Below, piece after piece: positions 1 through 8,265 of a stretch of DNA of 64,000 bases (positions within the stretch are counted from its first letter, which is position 1; every line of letters starts with the position of its first letter). The notes below the pieces were generated by a model, which was not told where the DNA came from, ran no database searches, and worked only from the letters and a program-made list of their open reading frames with translations. A program made the position numbers and the translations under genes. Origin of the DNA: a virus (taxonomy: Duplodnaviria > Caudoviricetes); IMG/VR virus record IMGVR_UViG_3300020036_009452, positions 1 through 64,000 of that record. One strand, given 5' to 3'.

Positions 1-14
1 GACTTGTAAAGAAA

Positions 15-73
15 ATCCCGCTAGCTAACCTACAGTTCTACTAAATAGTAGTCTGATGAGAGGCTGGCGGGAT
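15..73 (+). other. Long imperfect RNA hairpin upstream of the ribozyme
   Basis: ATCCCGCTAGC (15-25) pairs with GCTGGCGGGAT (63-73); inner hairpin CTACT-AAAT-AGTAG. Confidence 0.55.
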
Positions 74-87
74 ACTACCCATTGTAA

Positions 88-148
88 ACTCGTCTGAGCG
101 AGTATAAATAGATTTTTAAGCTTAGAGCGTCCAATTATTGGGGTAAAT
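88..148 (+). ncRNA. Pistol self-cleaving ribozyme
   Basis: P1 ACTCG/CGAGT; loop TCTGAG pseudoknots with CTTAGA (121-126); conserved TAAATAG, TTAAG and GCG; P2 ATTT/AAAT; P3 TCCAA/TTGGG; G143-U144 cleavage dinucleotide. Matches the known pistol consensus element by element. Confidence 0.9.
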
Positions 149-149
149 A

Positions 150-239
150 GAATAATAGTGGAGGGAATCTGGTGTAGAGCGCGGCGTATGTACGAACTAG
201 CACACCACTGTTATTCACATCCCAGTGCCTGAACGGGAT
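150..239 (+). promoter_or_regulatory. Structured 5' leader of the first CDS
   Basis: GAATAATAGTGG (150-161) pairs with CCACTGTTATTC (205-216); second hairpin ATCCC (219-223)/GGGAT (235-239). Confidence 0.5.
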
Positions 240-269
240 TCATAGAAGGCAATATTCAAAATTAATAAA

Positions 270-938
270 ATGACACACCTTAAGTTCAACGATGAACTCT
301 TATTAGTGGATGTAAAGAAAGAGGAAGATGATTACTTCCACTGCACAGTTTGGAAGCTCGATGCCAACGGCAATGCAGAACCAAATCCAGCTAGGGAGAT
401 CTACCAAAAAGACGTATTCAAACGCCTCCAAAGGGCATACCGCGTGCACACAGCAGGCACCTTTATGACCCTCAATGGAAATGTTGTTGTGTCTCCAGAG
501 TGGGAACGTTCGTGGTTTGCAACACCTACTGGTGAGTTTCTCCGGTTTTTGTCACATGATGAGCAGGAAAGGCTGCTGTGGGATTGTCCACAGCTTATTT
601 ATAAAGCCGATCGCCCAGAGTTTGAACTCCCTGTAATGTGGGAGCTTATTCACGAAACACCAGAAACACGATATTTTGTGAGATCTCGTAAACGAGGCAA
701 TCCTACATTCCTGAAACTGCCCATAATTGGAGCCGGTGAAGGGGACGCACTATACACCGTGATCGGAGCTAATGTTGCTCTAAACCATCCAGGCCCAGCC
801 TTTGAAAATTACTACGATCTAGTTCTTGACAAAATAGGTGTGATGATGAATTTCAACGAAATGATGGCTGAGATCCCAAATGATCTGGTAGCCTCATACA
901 TCGTAAACCAAAGACAAGAAGGTAAACAGTCCAAGTAG
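270..938 (+). CDS. Hypothetical protein (222 aa)
   Basis: ORF with AT-rich leader; TAG stop. Confidence 0.75.
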   Translation: MTHLKFNDELLLVDVKKEEDDYFHCTVWKLDANGNAEPNPAREIYQKDVFKRLQRAYRVHTAGTFMTLNGNVVVSPEWERSWFATPTGEFLRFLSHDEQERLLWDCPQLIYKADRPEFELPVMWELIHETPETRYFVRSRKRGNPTFLKLPIIGAGEGDALYTVIGANVALNHPGPAFENYYDLVLDKIGVMMNFNEMMAEIPNDLVASYIVNQRQEGKQSK

Positions 939-958
939 ATATCTCACCCATGATGATA

Positions 959-1016
959 GGCCGCAACTAGAGTAGAATAGCACGTAAAATGTTACTAACT
1001 ATTTGATGTTGCGGCC
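959..1016 (+). other. Intergenic stem-loop
   Basis: GGCCGCAAC (959-967)/GTTGCGGCC (1008-1016), perfect 9-bp stem enclosing further pairing. Confidence 0.55.
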
Positions 1017-1034
1017 ACCTTAAATTCTCCCAAA

Positions 1035-1226
1035 ATGAGTAAAAAAATTATTTTGATAAGCGTCCTCTTGCTTTTCGGACTTCTGTTAGAATTTATTGCT
1101 GACGACTTATGCGAAGAAGTGATGGGAAGAACACTGCCCATTTATATGAAGCTTCTATATACTGTTCAAGGGTTAATTCTTGCTCTTGCAATAGAGTTAT
1201 ATAGGAGCTGGCGAAAAGAACAATAA
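1035..1226 (+). CDS. Small membrane protein (63 aa)
   Basis: Two hydrophobic segments; AT-rich leader. Confidence 0.65.
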   Translation: MSKKIILISVLLLFGLLLEFIADDLCEEVMGRTLPIYMKLLYTVQGLILALAIELYRSWRKEQ

Positions 1227-1336
1227 TACTCACACGCAAGAGTAATAAGAAACTTCAACCATATTTTTTTGGTTTTAGGAGCAGACGTAATGTTAGCTCC
1301 TATTTTTCAATCTAAAAACTTTAATCCACACACAGA

Positions 1337-1579
1337 ATGAAAAAGCGTATCATTTTCCTATTTGCATTTACCCTGATCGTCCTTGCTTTCTGGCAATTTG
1401 ACGAGTATCAATATAGGCAAGAGCGTGATAACTCGGTTTATTTGGCGGTCGTCGCTAATAGACCAGACCACGAATTCAAAATCACCCTGTCAGCAGGATA
1501 CAAGCCGTGGGACCTTGTTCTAGAAAAATACCGAGGAAAGCCCACTTGGCTCCAAATACGGGAGATAATTGAAAAGTAA
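1337..1579 (+). CDS. Small membrane-anchored protein (80 aa)
   Basis: MKKR followed by a hydrophobic N-terminus; TCTAA leader. Confidence 0.65.
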   Translation: MKKRIIFLFAFTLIVLAFWQFDEYQYRQERDNSVYLAVVANRPDHEFKITLSAGYKPWDLVLEKYRGKPTWLQIREIIEK

Positions 1580-1600
1580 TTGTGATAGCGGTCATAGCAT

Positions 1601-1627
1601 GGGGTGCTGCCAAATTGGTGGTGCCCC
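1601..1627 (+). terminator. G.U-rich hairpin (terminator or processing site)
   Basis: GGGGTGCTGCC-AAATT-GGTGGTGCCCC, 11 bp with G.U pairs that work only on the + strand. Confidence 0.5.
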
Positions 1628-1668
1628 TTGACCATTTAAAATTATCTAGTTTCTAAAATTCAAAACGC

Positions 1669-2013
1669 ATGACTCTACAACAATTGGCAGCCGAGCTGCC
1701 ACCACTACCAGAACCAAGCCTCATTGGTCTTTTGGACTTGGCTTCAAGTCGCATAGACGAAGAGGGCCAAGTGAAACAGCCACAAACCATCATCAATGAA
1801 GCGCACCGTATTGTGCGTTATCAAAAATGGCTCAAACATCGGCTCGAAACCATGGCTTTGAATGCGGCCTGGAAAAAGCTGATGAACGAAAAACTCGACT
1901 CACGCACCCAGCGTAATTCCCGAACCAAGAAGGCCCGCTACAAGGGGCGTAAATCCACCGCGAAGAATCATGTGAAACACACTATGCAGTTTGTTGTTGC
2001 TCCTATGCTTTAG
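1669..2013 (+). CDS. Hypothetical protein with basic C-terminus (114 aa)
   Basis: ORF with TCTAA leader; TAG stop. Confidence 0.65.
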   Translation: MTLQQLAAELPPLPEPSLIGLLDLASSRIDEEGQVKQPQTIINEAHRIVRYQKWLKHRLETMALNAAWKKLMNEKLDSRTQRNSRTKKARYKGRKSTAKNHVKHTMQFVVAPML

Positions 2014-2164
2014 TTGCACACAACCGACTGCCCCGCCCGACATGCCTCTGATAACATATACACCGAGGGATTCAACCGGCGAACCAAAATTGATTGAAAG
2101 ACCGCAACTAACCAACTTCGTGAGGAGTTCTGGCAATGTATACGGCAATCCACTGGCACTTTAG
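1970..2164 (+). CDS. Putative small lipoprotein; TGA at codon 2 if started at ATG 1970
   Basis: ATG-TGA-AAC reads M(W)NTLCSLLLLLCFSCTQPTAPPDMP, a lipobox-like signal; an alternative TTG start lies a few codons later. Confidence 0.35.
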
Positions 2165-2314
2165 ATGAGAAAATATGCACCTGTTATGCAGCTGTGTATT
2201 ACACTTATCCAGAAAGGCCCTTATTTGACTTCTAAGCCACTTTCTAGTGGCAGTAGTCCTCTCCCACACCTAACCCATGAAATGCGCTCTAAGGCCCATT
2301 TTTATGCGTTTGGA

Positions 2315-2382
2315 GGCACTATGGCATTGGGCCAAACTCCCCCTGAACAGAGAATTAGTAGGTTCGACTCCTACTGGTGCCA
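2315..2382 (+). tRNA. tRNA-like element 1 (degenerate D and anticodon arms; possible GAA/Phe loop)
   Basis: Acceptor GGCACTA/TGGTGCC plus discriminator A; T-arm GTAGG-TTCGACT-CCTAC; anticodon stem TCCCC/GAGAA pairs only 3 of 5. Confidence 0.55.
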
Positions 2383-2432
2383 CTTGATGAAAAATTTAGT
2401 GACTAGGACTGATGAAATATTAGTTCTATTCT

Positions 2433-2509
2433 GATTCTGTAGCTCAATGGTAGAGCACCCAAGAACCGTTTGGCACGGGAGGTTGCAGGTTCGAGCCCTG
2501 TCAGAATCA
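2433..2509 (+). tRNA. tRNA-like element 2 (expanded, non-canonical anticodon arm; identity unclear)
   Basis: Acceptor GATTCTG/CAGAATC; D-arm GCTC-AATGGTA-GAGC; T-arm GCAGG-TTCGAGC-CCTGT; region between D-arm and variable loop is 22 nt rather than 17. Confidence 0.7.
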
Positions 2510-2535
2510 CATTTTCTAACTAAAACCATATAATT

Positions 2536-2919
2536 ATGGCCGCACAACTTCCATTTTTCTCAACGTGCCCCTTGATTCAAGCAGATATGACTGCTAAATA
2601 TCAGAAACGGGTCACCAATCGTCTCTCCAAAGGTAAAGACATCTCCCTTGTGGAGATCGTCAAAATCAAGGAAGCTCTCTTGACTGAGGCAAACAAGGCC
2701 ATGCAAGATCGAAATGATCGCAGGGCAAAAGCAATCACCCAACAAACCCGCCAGGCAGAATTGGCCGTCAAACGGCTGGCCGAAGCCCCATTCAAAGCTG
2801 AAAAACTCAAAGCTCGGGCTGAACGCAGAGCTGCAAATCGTGCAGCACGTGCTGCTATCAGCCTTGCAAAGAAATATCAAAAACAGTTCAAACATCAACA
2901 AACTCAAGTTGTACTATGA
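2536..2919 (+). CDS. Basic, Ala/Lys-rich helical protein (127 aa)
   Basis: TCTAA leader; ends TGA in an ATGA overlap with the next start. Confidence 0.75.
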   Translation: MAAQLPFFSTCPLIQADMTAKYQKRVTNRLSKGKDISLVEIVKIKEALLTEANKAMQDRNDRRAKAITQQTRQAELAVKRLAEAPFKAEKLKARAERRAANRAARAAISLAKKYQKQFKHQQTQVVL

Positions 2920-3407
2920 AAAGCTTACTCACATTTGCATTGATGTTTACTTTGTTAAATGTCACGATTTCACAGTCTCTCTCCTTCACAGTTGACGTAA
3001 AAATTACAGGTAGTGAGGCAAAAGAACTGGCAGCTATCCGCCAGCTGTATCGATTGCCTGTTGACCAACGCACTAATAATGCGATTGCTTACCCGGCTAA
3101 AATCGAAAACCCATTGTTCACTGTGAACACCGTGACCGGGGAAGTAGATTTGAAAATCTATAATCAGCAAATATCCGAACCCAAAGTTCTGGGGGAGGCT
3201 TACGATCGGGCTACTGGAACCCACAAGTTCTGGTATACCTATGGAACCTGCGAAGAACAGCCAGAATACGAAATACTGTTGTACGAACGACAAGGAGAAA
3301 CTTACATCTCGGTCACTCATTGTGGAGAAAAGACCCTAGTGATGGGGAACTTCTACCTAGCCAAAATATTTGATCCATGGCAACCGAGGCAGACGTATTC
3401 GCAGTAG
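2916..3407 (+). CDS. Putative secreted protein (163 aa)
   Basis: Signal-peptide-like MKSLLTFALMFTLLNVTISQS. Confidence 0.7.
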   Translation: MKSLLTFALMFTLLNVTISQSLSFTVDVKITGSEAKELAAIRQLYRLPVDQRTNNAIAYPAKIENPLFTVNTVTGEVDLKIYNQQISEPKVLGEAYDRATGTHKFWYTYGTCEEQPEYEILLYERQGETYISVTHCGEKTLVMGNFYLAKIFDPWQPRQTYSQ

Positions 3408-3622
3408 CTATCCTATTGATACTGTTTTTGCTCGGTGGGCTGTTGCCATATCATTTGTACCGGCGGAAAACACGACAGTACATGGAAAATACGATAGCTT
3501 CGGGGTCGAGAGCTCCGAAAGATCATTTTGAGAACCAAAAGAACAGGGGGAAGGTTTCCTTCCTCCTAATTCTAATTGGACTATTTGTGGGCTATGCCGT
3601 ATGGCGATTCTTCACTAACTAA
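3377..3622 (+). CDS. Small two-TM membrane protein (81 aa)
   Basis: Two hydrophobic stretches. Confidence 0.6.
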   Translation: MATEADVFAVAILLILFLLGGLLPYHLYRRKTRQYMENTIASGSRAPKDHFENQKNRGKVSFLLILIGLFVGYAVWRFFTN

Positions 3623-3631
3623 AAAAATCAC

Positions 3632-4465
3632 ATGCTTACAACAATTGCGATTATTTACGTCACTTGTTTGATTCTGGTCTTTCCTATAGCATTTGTCACA
3701 GACACACTAGTGATGGGGCCAGAGTTGACACCCATCAATCGTTTTACCCGGCTTAAGGATGCCTGGAAGAATACGGAAATCTTTAACGATACTATCGAAT
3801 CCTTTCAAGTTGGCAAACCACGTGAAATTTTCCTGTACTGGTTTGTATTGGGGCCTTTTACTCTCCTCATTTCAATTTTCGCACTATTTTGGGAGCTTTG
3901 TAAACCTCATAAGTATATTAAAGTCCCATATGTGATAAAGGAGTCCTTGGCATATCCCTATAAAGTCACAAAAAAAGGCATAACCCTTTGGGCACAAAAA
4001 CTGGAAATCAACCTCATCAACCTCAATTATGTCCGACTAATTGGTAATAAGGGGTATCTGGAGCGCGACATAAATATCTTTTGGATTCTTGAAGCCTGCA
4101 TAGAATATTACCCAGCGCCTAACATTGTAGCCTTCTGGAATAAATTGGTCCGCGTCCCTTTGGACGAAATGATCGGTTTATACTACACGAACCGAGTAGA
4201 AATTGTTGAACGCATGCCTGGTAATTTGCGCATGCATTTCTCCAACATGTTACGCTCTACCAAAACACGTGAAGGCGCCAAAATATCAGGCACCTTAGAT
4301 TATTACCTGCATTATGTTCAGCAGATCATTATAGATTACCCTGACGCAATGCATTGGAATCACCCGTATCTAAAGATCAAGTATGCCTTGATAAATGAAA
4401 AGACAAAGGTCATACAAAAAATCGAAGCTGCTTATGAAAAAGAAGAGCATAAAGGAAACAATTGA
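3632..4465 (+). CDS. Membrane-anchored hypothetical protein (277 aa)
   Basis: N-terminal hydrophobic segments; TGA stop. Confidence 0.7.
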   Translation: MLTTIAIIYVTCLILVFPIAFVTDTLVMGPELTPINRFTRLKDAWKNTEIFNDTIESFQVGKPREIFLYWFVLGPFTLLISIFALFWELCKPHKYIKVPYVIKESLAYPYKVTKKGITLWAQKLEINLINLNYVRLIGNKGYLERDINIFWILEACIEYYPAPNIVAFWNKLVRVPLDEMIGLYYTNRVEIVERMPGNLRMHFSNMLRSTKTREGAKISGTLDYYLHYVQQIIIDYPDAMHWNHPYLKIKYALINEKTKVIQKIEAAYEKEEHKGNN

Positions 4466-4793
4466 AGATGACGCCTATGTGTTGATAGGCTGCCACAGCA
4501 CTTTCACGGTTATTGGTGCACTTGTTTTACTCAAAACAATGGGTAATTCATCTGCCGTACTGATTTGGAATTCGATTCATTACTGGCTAGCTCATGAAGT
4601 ACTACCAGATTACGATCAATTGCAGCGAAAATTCTACGCTGCTGAGGGTAACCAGAATGACAAATTCTGGTGTTGGACTACAGACGACCGATTGATAGAA
4701 ACTAGTTGGTCTAATCCAAAGTCGTTTTATGCGCCAGATTATGATGCAGCAATTGACTATTCGGATAAGGTGCTGGGAATTGCTCCCAAATAG
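4395..4793 (+). CDS. Hypothetical protein (start uncertain)
   Basis: ORF track; TAG stop. Confidence 0.55.
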   Translation: MKRQRSYKKSKLLMKKKSIKETIEDDAYVLIGCHSTFTVIGALVLLKTMGNSSAVLIWNSIHYWLAHEVLPDYDQLQRKFYAAEGNQNDKFWCWTTDDRLIETSWSNPKSFYAPDYDAAIDYSDKVLGIAPK

Positions 4794-5194
4794 ACATACC
4801 AATCCCCTAGCCCATTAAAAGGCTAATTGTCGCTAGACCGTGTTTCATAATAAAGATTTGTTTGACTGGCAGTGCTATAAAACCCACTGTAGAAGGAGAA
4901 CTGCTTTATCGTAATGCAGCTGAACGACACGATTGGATACGTACTAGGAGAGTTTGATGACATTACAGTCAACCTCTTCTACAGATCACCAGAAATTTAT
5001 GTTCTTTATTTAGTTTTATTGGTATCGGAGAAAATCCCTATTACAGGGCAATCCGACTTCTAAGCCACCTCGTGTTAGATTATTCAAGTCTACTGCTTGG
5101 CTGATCCAGGAGTACTCTCTTCCTGGCCAATATACAAAGATACAAAATTTCTTGGCTCATTGCACAAAACACTTATCACTAACTTGACAAAGTA

Positions 5195-5641
5195 ATGCTC
5201 TTCTCCATATCATTCCTTCAAAGTTGGGCACAACAACAGGATTTTCCGCTCGTAAAAGAGGCAGAAAAGAATATAAAGTACAATCGATTTCGTCTTGTGC
5301 TCTCAGTCCTGTATGTTATTGCCCACCGCAAAGCCGCCAAAGACGTACGTGACGTCCTGAAAGAAACACGCAAAAACCTATTACCGGTGCCAAGCGCCAT
5401 GTCTGACTTCCTGGACTTCCTCACGGAATTTCATCAGGCCGTCTTCCGGGCGCCAGCACATCTATTTTTAACTTACGAAAGCCTTCTACCACAGGAGGCC
5501 GAACCACATTTTGTCACAGTCCTAACTGAATACATGATTTTCTCACAGCCTACAGGTAAAGATGACTATTTGTCGCTACTGTCGGCTTTGAAAGAACTGG
5601 CTCGGTTAGGAGCCATTAATTTCACACATGATACTGACTGA
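5195..5641 (+). CDS. Hypothetical protein (148 aa)
   Basis: ORF; TGA stop (readthrough would span the whole next gene). Confidence 0.65.
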   Translation: MLFSISFLQSWAQQQDFPLVKEAEKNIKYNRFRLVLSVLYVIAHRKAAKDVRDVLKETRKNLLPVPSAMSDFLDFLTEFHQAVFRAPAHLFLTYESLLPQEAEPHFVTVLTEYMIFSQPTGKDDYLSLLSALKELARLGAINFTHDTD

Positions 5642-5897
5642 GTTACATCAAGCCCTGCTGCTTGCCGGCGGCTTAATCTTAATGATGATCCTTCTCATCG
5701 CCTTCCGCCCAAAACGGAAACCCATAAACCTGCGCCACAAGGCCAAGGCCCAGGCAGAAACCAGACTCCAAGGAATCTTGGATTTGCCTGAATCTGAGGC
5801 TGTTGCGGCCTTGCGGGCGATCCGCGATACCTACCAGGAAAAACTGCGCCTCATCCAGTTAATGGAAAACGATGAGGCTTTCCAAAAAATACTTTAA
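5628..5897 (+). CDS. Small membrane protein (89 aa)
   Basis: N-terminal TM segment followed by a basic patch. Confidence 0.65.
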   Translation: MILTELHQALLLAGGLILMMILLIAFRPKRKPINLRHKAKAQAETRLQGILDLPESEAVAALRAIRDTYQEKLRLIQLMENDEAFQKIL

Positions 5898-5916
5898 TCG
5901 ACCCAGGGACAACAAG

Positions 5917-6002
5917 ACATCCATAAAGATGGGTGTTGGACATCTGATTCTACACTAGTATCCCAACGCTCAATCCCTGTAAGAGGGGGGTAGTAAGTGT
6001 AG
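5917..6002 (+). promoter_or_regulatory. Structured leader of the GH73 gene with alternative pairings
   Basis: ACATCCAT/ATGGGTGT hairpin competes with GGGTGTTGG (5931-39)/CCAACGCTC (5963-71); CTACACT/AGTGTAG stem (5950-6002). Confidence 0.4.
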
Positions 6003-6027
6003 AGTTTTCATTCTAAATTATTCAAAC

Positions 6028-6801
6028 ATGAGTCAAATTAAAATTATTCCCGCGGCGCCAACAAAATCGCCACCCACTTTTTTTCAAGCTTTCACGGCCG
6101 CATTTGCGATTTTCTCAAAAGTACGCGGCTTTGAACGGACATCGCTCTACGCGCTGACCTTCATCTTGCTGGCCTCCTTTATGGGAGTGGGTGCCTGGGT
6201 GGGCACTTTTACAGCCCACCCCAAAACCATAATCATCCCGGTGGAAAAGATCAAGGGGGTGGAAAAAATCCCTGAGGTCATGGCAGCCCCAGTGGAATCC
6301 ATTTTCATTGCCCCGCCCGACGATGTAAACCCGCCAGATCCAGCACCTGCAATCAATGTTGACAAGTTCAACCCAAAGGCGTATATTGCCAAATTCAAAA
6401 ATGCAGCTCAACAAGGGATGCGGAAATATGGTGTGCCGGCGAGCATCAGTCTTGCACAAGGGCTGATTGAAAGCCGTGCGGGTACCAGCAAACTGGCCGT
6501 GAGCAACAACAACCACTTTGGGATGAAGTGTTTTGCGCGAAATTGTCGTAAAGGTCACTGTACCAATCATACCGACGATACTCACAAGGATTTCTTCCTA
6601 AAATTTAAAAATGCCTCCCTAAGCTGGGAAGCCCATGGGAAGCTAATCTCGACTGGTAGGTATGCCAAGCTCAAGAAATATGGCCGCGATTACAGGCGAT
6701 GGGCAACAGGCTTAAAAGCCGCAGGATATGCCACAGACCCTACCTATGCCCAAAAACTCATCGGCGTTATTGAGCGATACAAACTATATCAATACGACTG
6801 A
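6028..6801 (+). CDS. Membrane-anchored GH73 glucosaminidase/muramidase (FlgJ-like)
   Basis: PASISLAQGLIES, NNHFGMKC, GYATDPTYAQKLIGVIERYKLYQYD motifs; N-terminal TM segment; TGA stop at the family-typical C-terminus. Confidence 0.9.
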   Translation: MSQIKIIPAAPTKSPPTFFQAFTAAFAIFSKVRGFERTSLYALTFILLASFMGVGAWVGTFTAHPKTIIIPVEKIKGVEKIPEVMAAPVESIFIAPPDDVNPPDPAPAINVDKFNPKAYIAKFKNAAQQGMRKYGVPASISLAQGLIESRAGTSKLAVSNNNHFGMKCFARNCRKGHCTNHTDDTHKDFFLKFKNASLSWEAHGKLISTGRYAKLKKYGRDYRRWATGLKAAGYATDPTYAQKLIGVIERYKLYQYD

Positions 6802-6819
6802 ATGATTAGCCCACCCCCT

Positions 6820-6861
6820 AGTGTGATGGTCGCAGGGGAGGTTCGACTCCTCCCCACACTT
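6820..6861 (+). ncRNA. tRNA-like minihelix (acceptor stem plus T-arm only)
   Basis: AGTGTG/CACACT stem; T-arm GGAGG-TTCGACT-CCTCC; only about 11 nt where the D and anticodon arms would be. Confidence 0.45.
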
Positions 6862-6875
6862 CTAACAAATTAAAT

Positions 6876-7226
6876 ATGCGTAAACTAATTCTCTTTTTTC
6901 TCCTGCCGACAGTTTGCTTGGCTCAAGGAATCCGAAATCCCTCATACAACCGCTACGAGATGCGTGTTGTGTGTAAGGGGAAAATCATCCGAGAAGGTAT
7001 ATTGGAAAGTGGTGCTTGTATAGAAAACATGCAAGTATTCCAAGAGGTAGAGGTTTTCTACCGTGTGATTTTTAAGCGGTGTGACACCGAAAATCCTGAG
7101 AAACCAATCATGGAGACCCTGCCAATTGTTAAAAACACTCCATTACCGAATGGCTGGAAAATGGTCAAGGTTCCGCCTAACGTTATTCAAAATTTACCAT
7201 TACAAATCTGCCCGCAGAGGGTATAA
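6876..7226 (+). CDS. Putative secreted protein (116 aa)
   Basis: Signal peptide MRKLILFFLLPTVCLAQ. Confidence 0.65.
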   Translation: MRKLILFFLLPTVCLAQGIRNPSYNRYEMRVVCKGKIIREGILESGACIENMQVFQEVEVFYRVIFKRCDTENPEKPIMETLPIVKNTPLPNGWKMVKVPPNVIQNLPLQICPQRV

Positions 7227-7239
7227 AAAAAAACTTAAC

Positions 7240-8265
7240 ATGGATTTACACGACATCCGCATAGAATTGAATAAACAATTCTTCCAAGCGGAGAAACCAA
7301 TTGACGCAATCCTTCTTGCAATTCATCGCAAGAAAAATTGTATTCTCTACGGCCCACCAGGGCACGCCAAAAGTCAACTCGTCGAAACAGCCCTCAAGTT
7401 GTTGTTGGGGGAGGAAGCCTTTTATGAAGAGGTGTACCAGACAAACGGTGGACTGGAAATGCCCACCAGTCCATTTATTGGTACTCTGGACATCAAAAAG
7501 TACCAGGAAACCGGCCAGGAGGTGTACAACTTAGAGGATACGGTGTACTTGGCCAATAGATTTGCCATCATCGAGGAAGGGCTGGACATGCCAGCGTATG
7601 CGATGGAAACCATGAAACAACCACTCATGAGCGGCACAATTTGTGTGAATGGCAAATGTCATAAAAACAGATTGGAAACCTTATTCATCTGTACCAACCA
7701 TAATCCTATGGCGTGGGCAGGTGATTCGGATTCATTGAAAGCCGCTATTGCACGATTCCCGCACCGCGCTCCGGTAATGTGGGCAGACTATTCCCTTAAT
7801 ACCTGGGTGAATTTCTTCCAATTCAAAGGCACCCCTGATGACTACGCTGCACAGATTGTGGCTAAATGCCATTCCATGGGGTACAAAGTGTCGCCCCGAA
7901 CAGCCGTACAGTTCCAAGAGCTCCTCGCTATGGGAGGGGTTGCTGCTCTAGAATACTATGACGATATGGCAGAACATCCCGCGGTGTACAAGGCTCTTGT
8001 GGCTCTTTCGGCATCCATTCCTTTTTTCAAGGAACTCGCCGCTATTGAAAGCTTGGTTGAGTCAGCAGCAACTGCAGTTGGACGTAACGATCCAGCAGCT
8101 GCAGGGAAAATCGGCATCGCCAAAAAAGCCATAAAGGATCTTAAGGGTATTCCAAAAGATACGTCATTCACTGACAGGCTGCGTACTGCCACCCTGGCCC
8201 TTTCGACTCTGACTGAGGCTGTGGAACAAGCGGCTGCAAAGCAAGTTAACTCACCAGTATTATGA
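7240..8265 (+). CDS. MoxR/RavA-like AAA+ ATPase
   Basis: Walker A LYGPPGHAKS, Walker B AIIEEG; start moved to ATG 7240 after an A-rich leader; ATGA overlap with the VWA gene. Confidence 0.85.
   Translation: MDLHDIRIELNKQFFQAEKPIDAILLAIHRKKNCILYGPPGHAKSQLVETALKLLLGEEAFYEEVYQTNGGLEMPTSPFIGTLDIKKYQETGQEVYNLEDTVYLANRFAIIEEGLDMPAYAMETMKQPLMSGTICVNGKCHKNRLETLFICTNHNPMAWAGDSDSLKAAIARFPHRAPVMWADYSLNTWVNFFQFKGTPDDYAAQIVAKCHSMGYKVSPRTAVQFQELLAMGGVAALEYYDDMAEHPAVYKALVALSASIPFFKELAAIESLVESAATAVGRNDPAAAGKIGIAKKAIKDLKGIPKDTSFTDRLRTATLALSTLTEAVEQAAAKQVNSPVL

Noticed and set aside
11-73. Hammerhead ribozyme around CTGATGAG (52-59)
   Set aside because: No correctly placed GAAA or stem II/III geometry could be built.
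2165-2434. 89-aa ORF from the track
   Set aside because: It overlaps tRNA-like element 1 completely and touches element 2; probably incidental.
2315-2509. These elements as the TGA suppressor tRNA
   Set aside because: No TCA anticodon is present in any plausible loop.
7081-7239. N-terminal extension of MoxR or frameshift at the A9 run (7225-33)
   Set aside because: It overlaps the upstream gene; ATG 7240 has a good leader and normal domain start.
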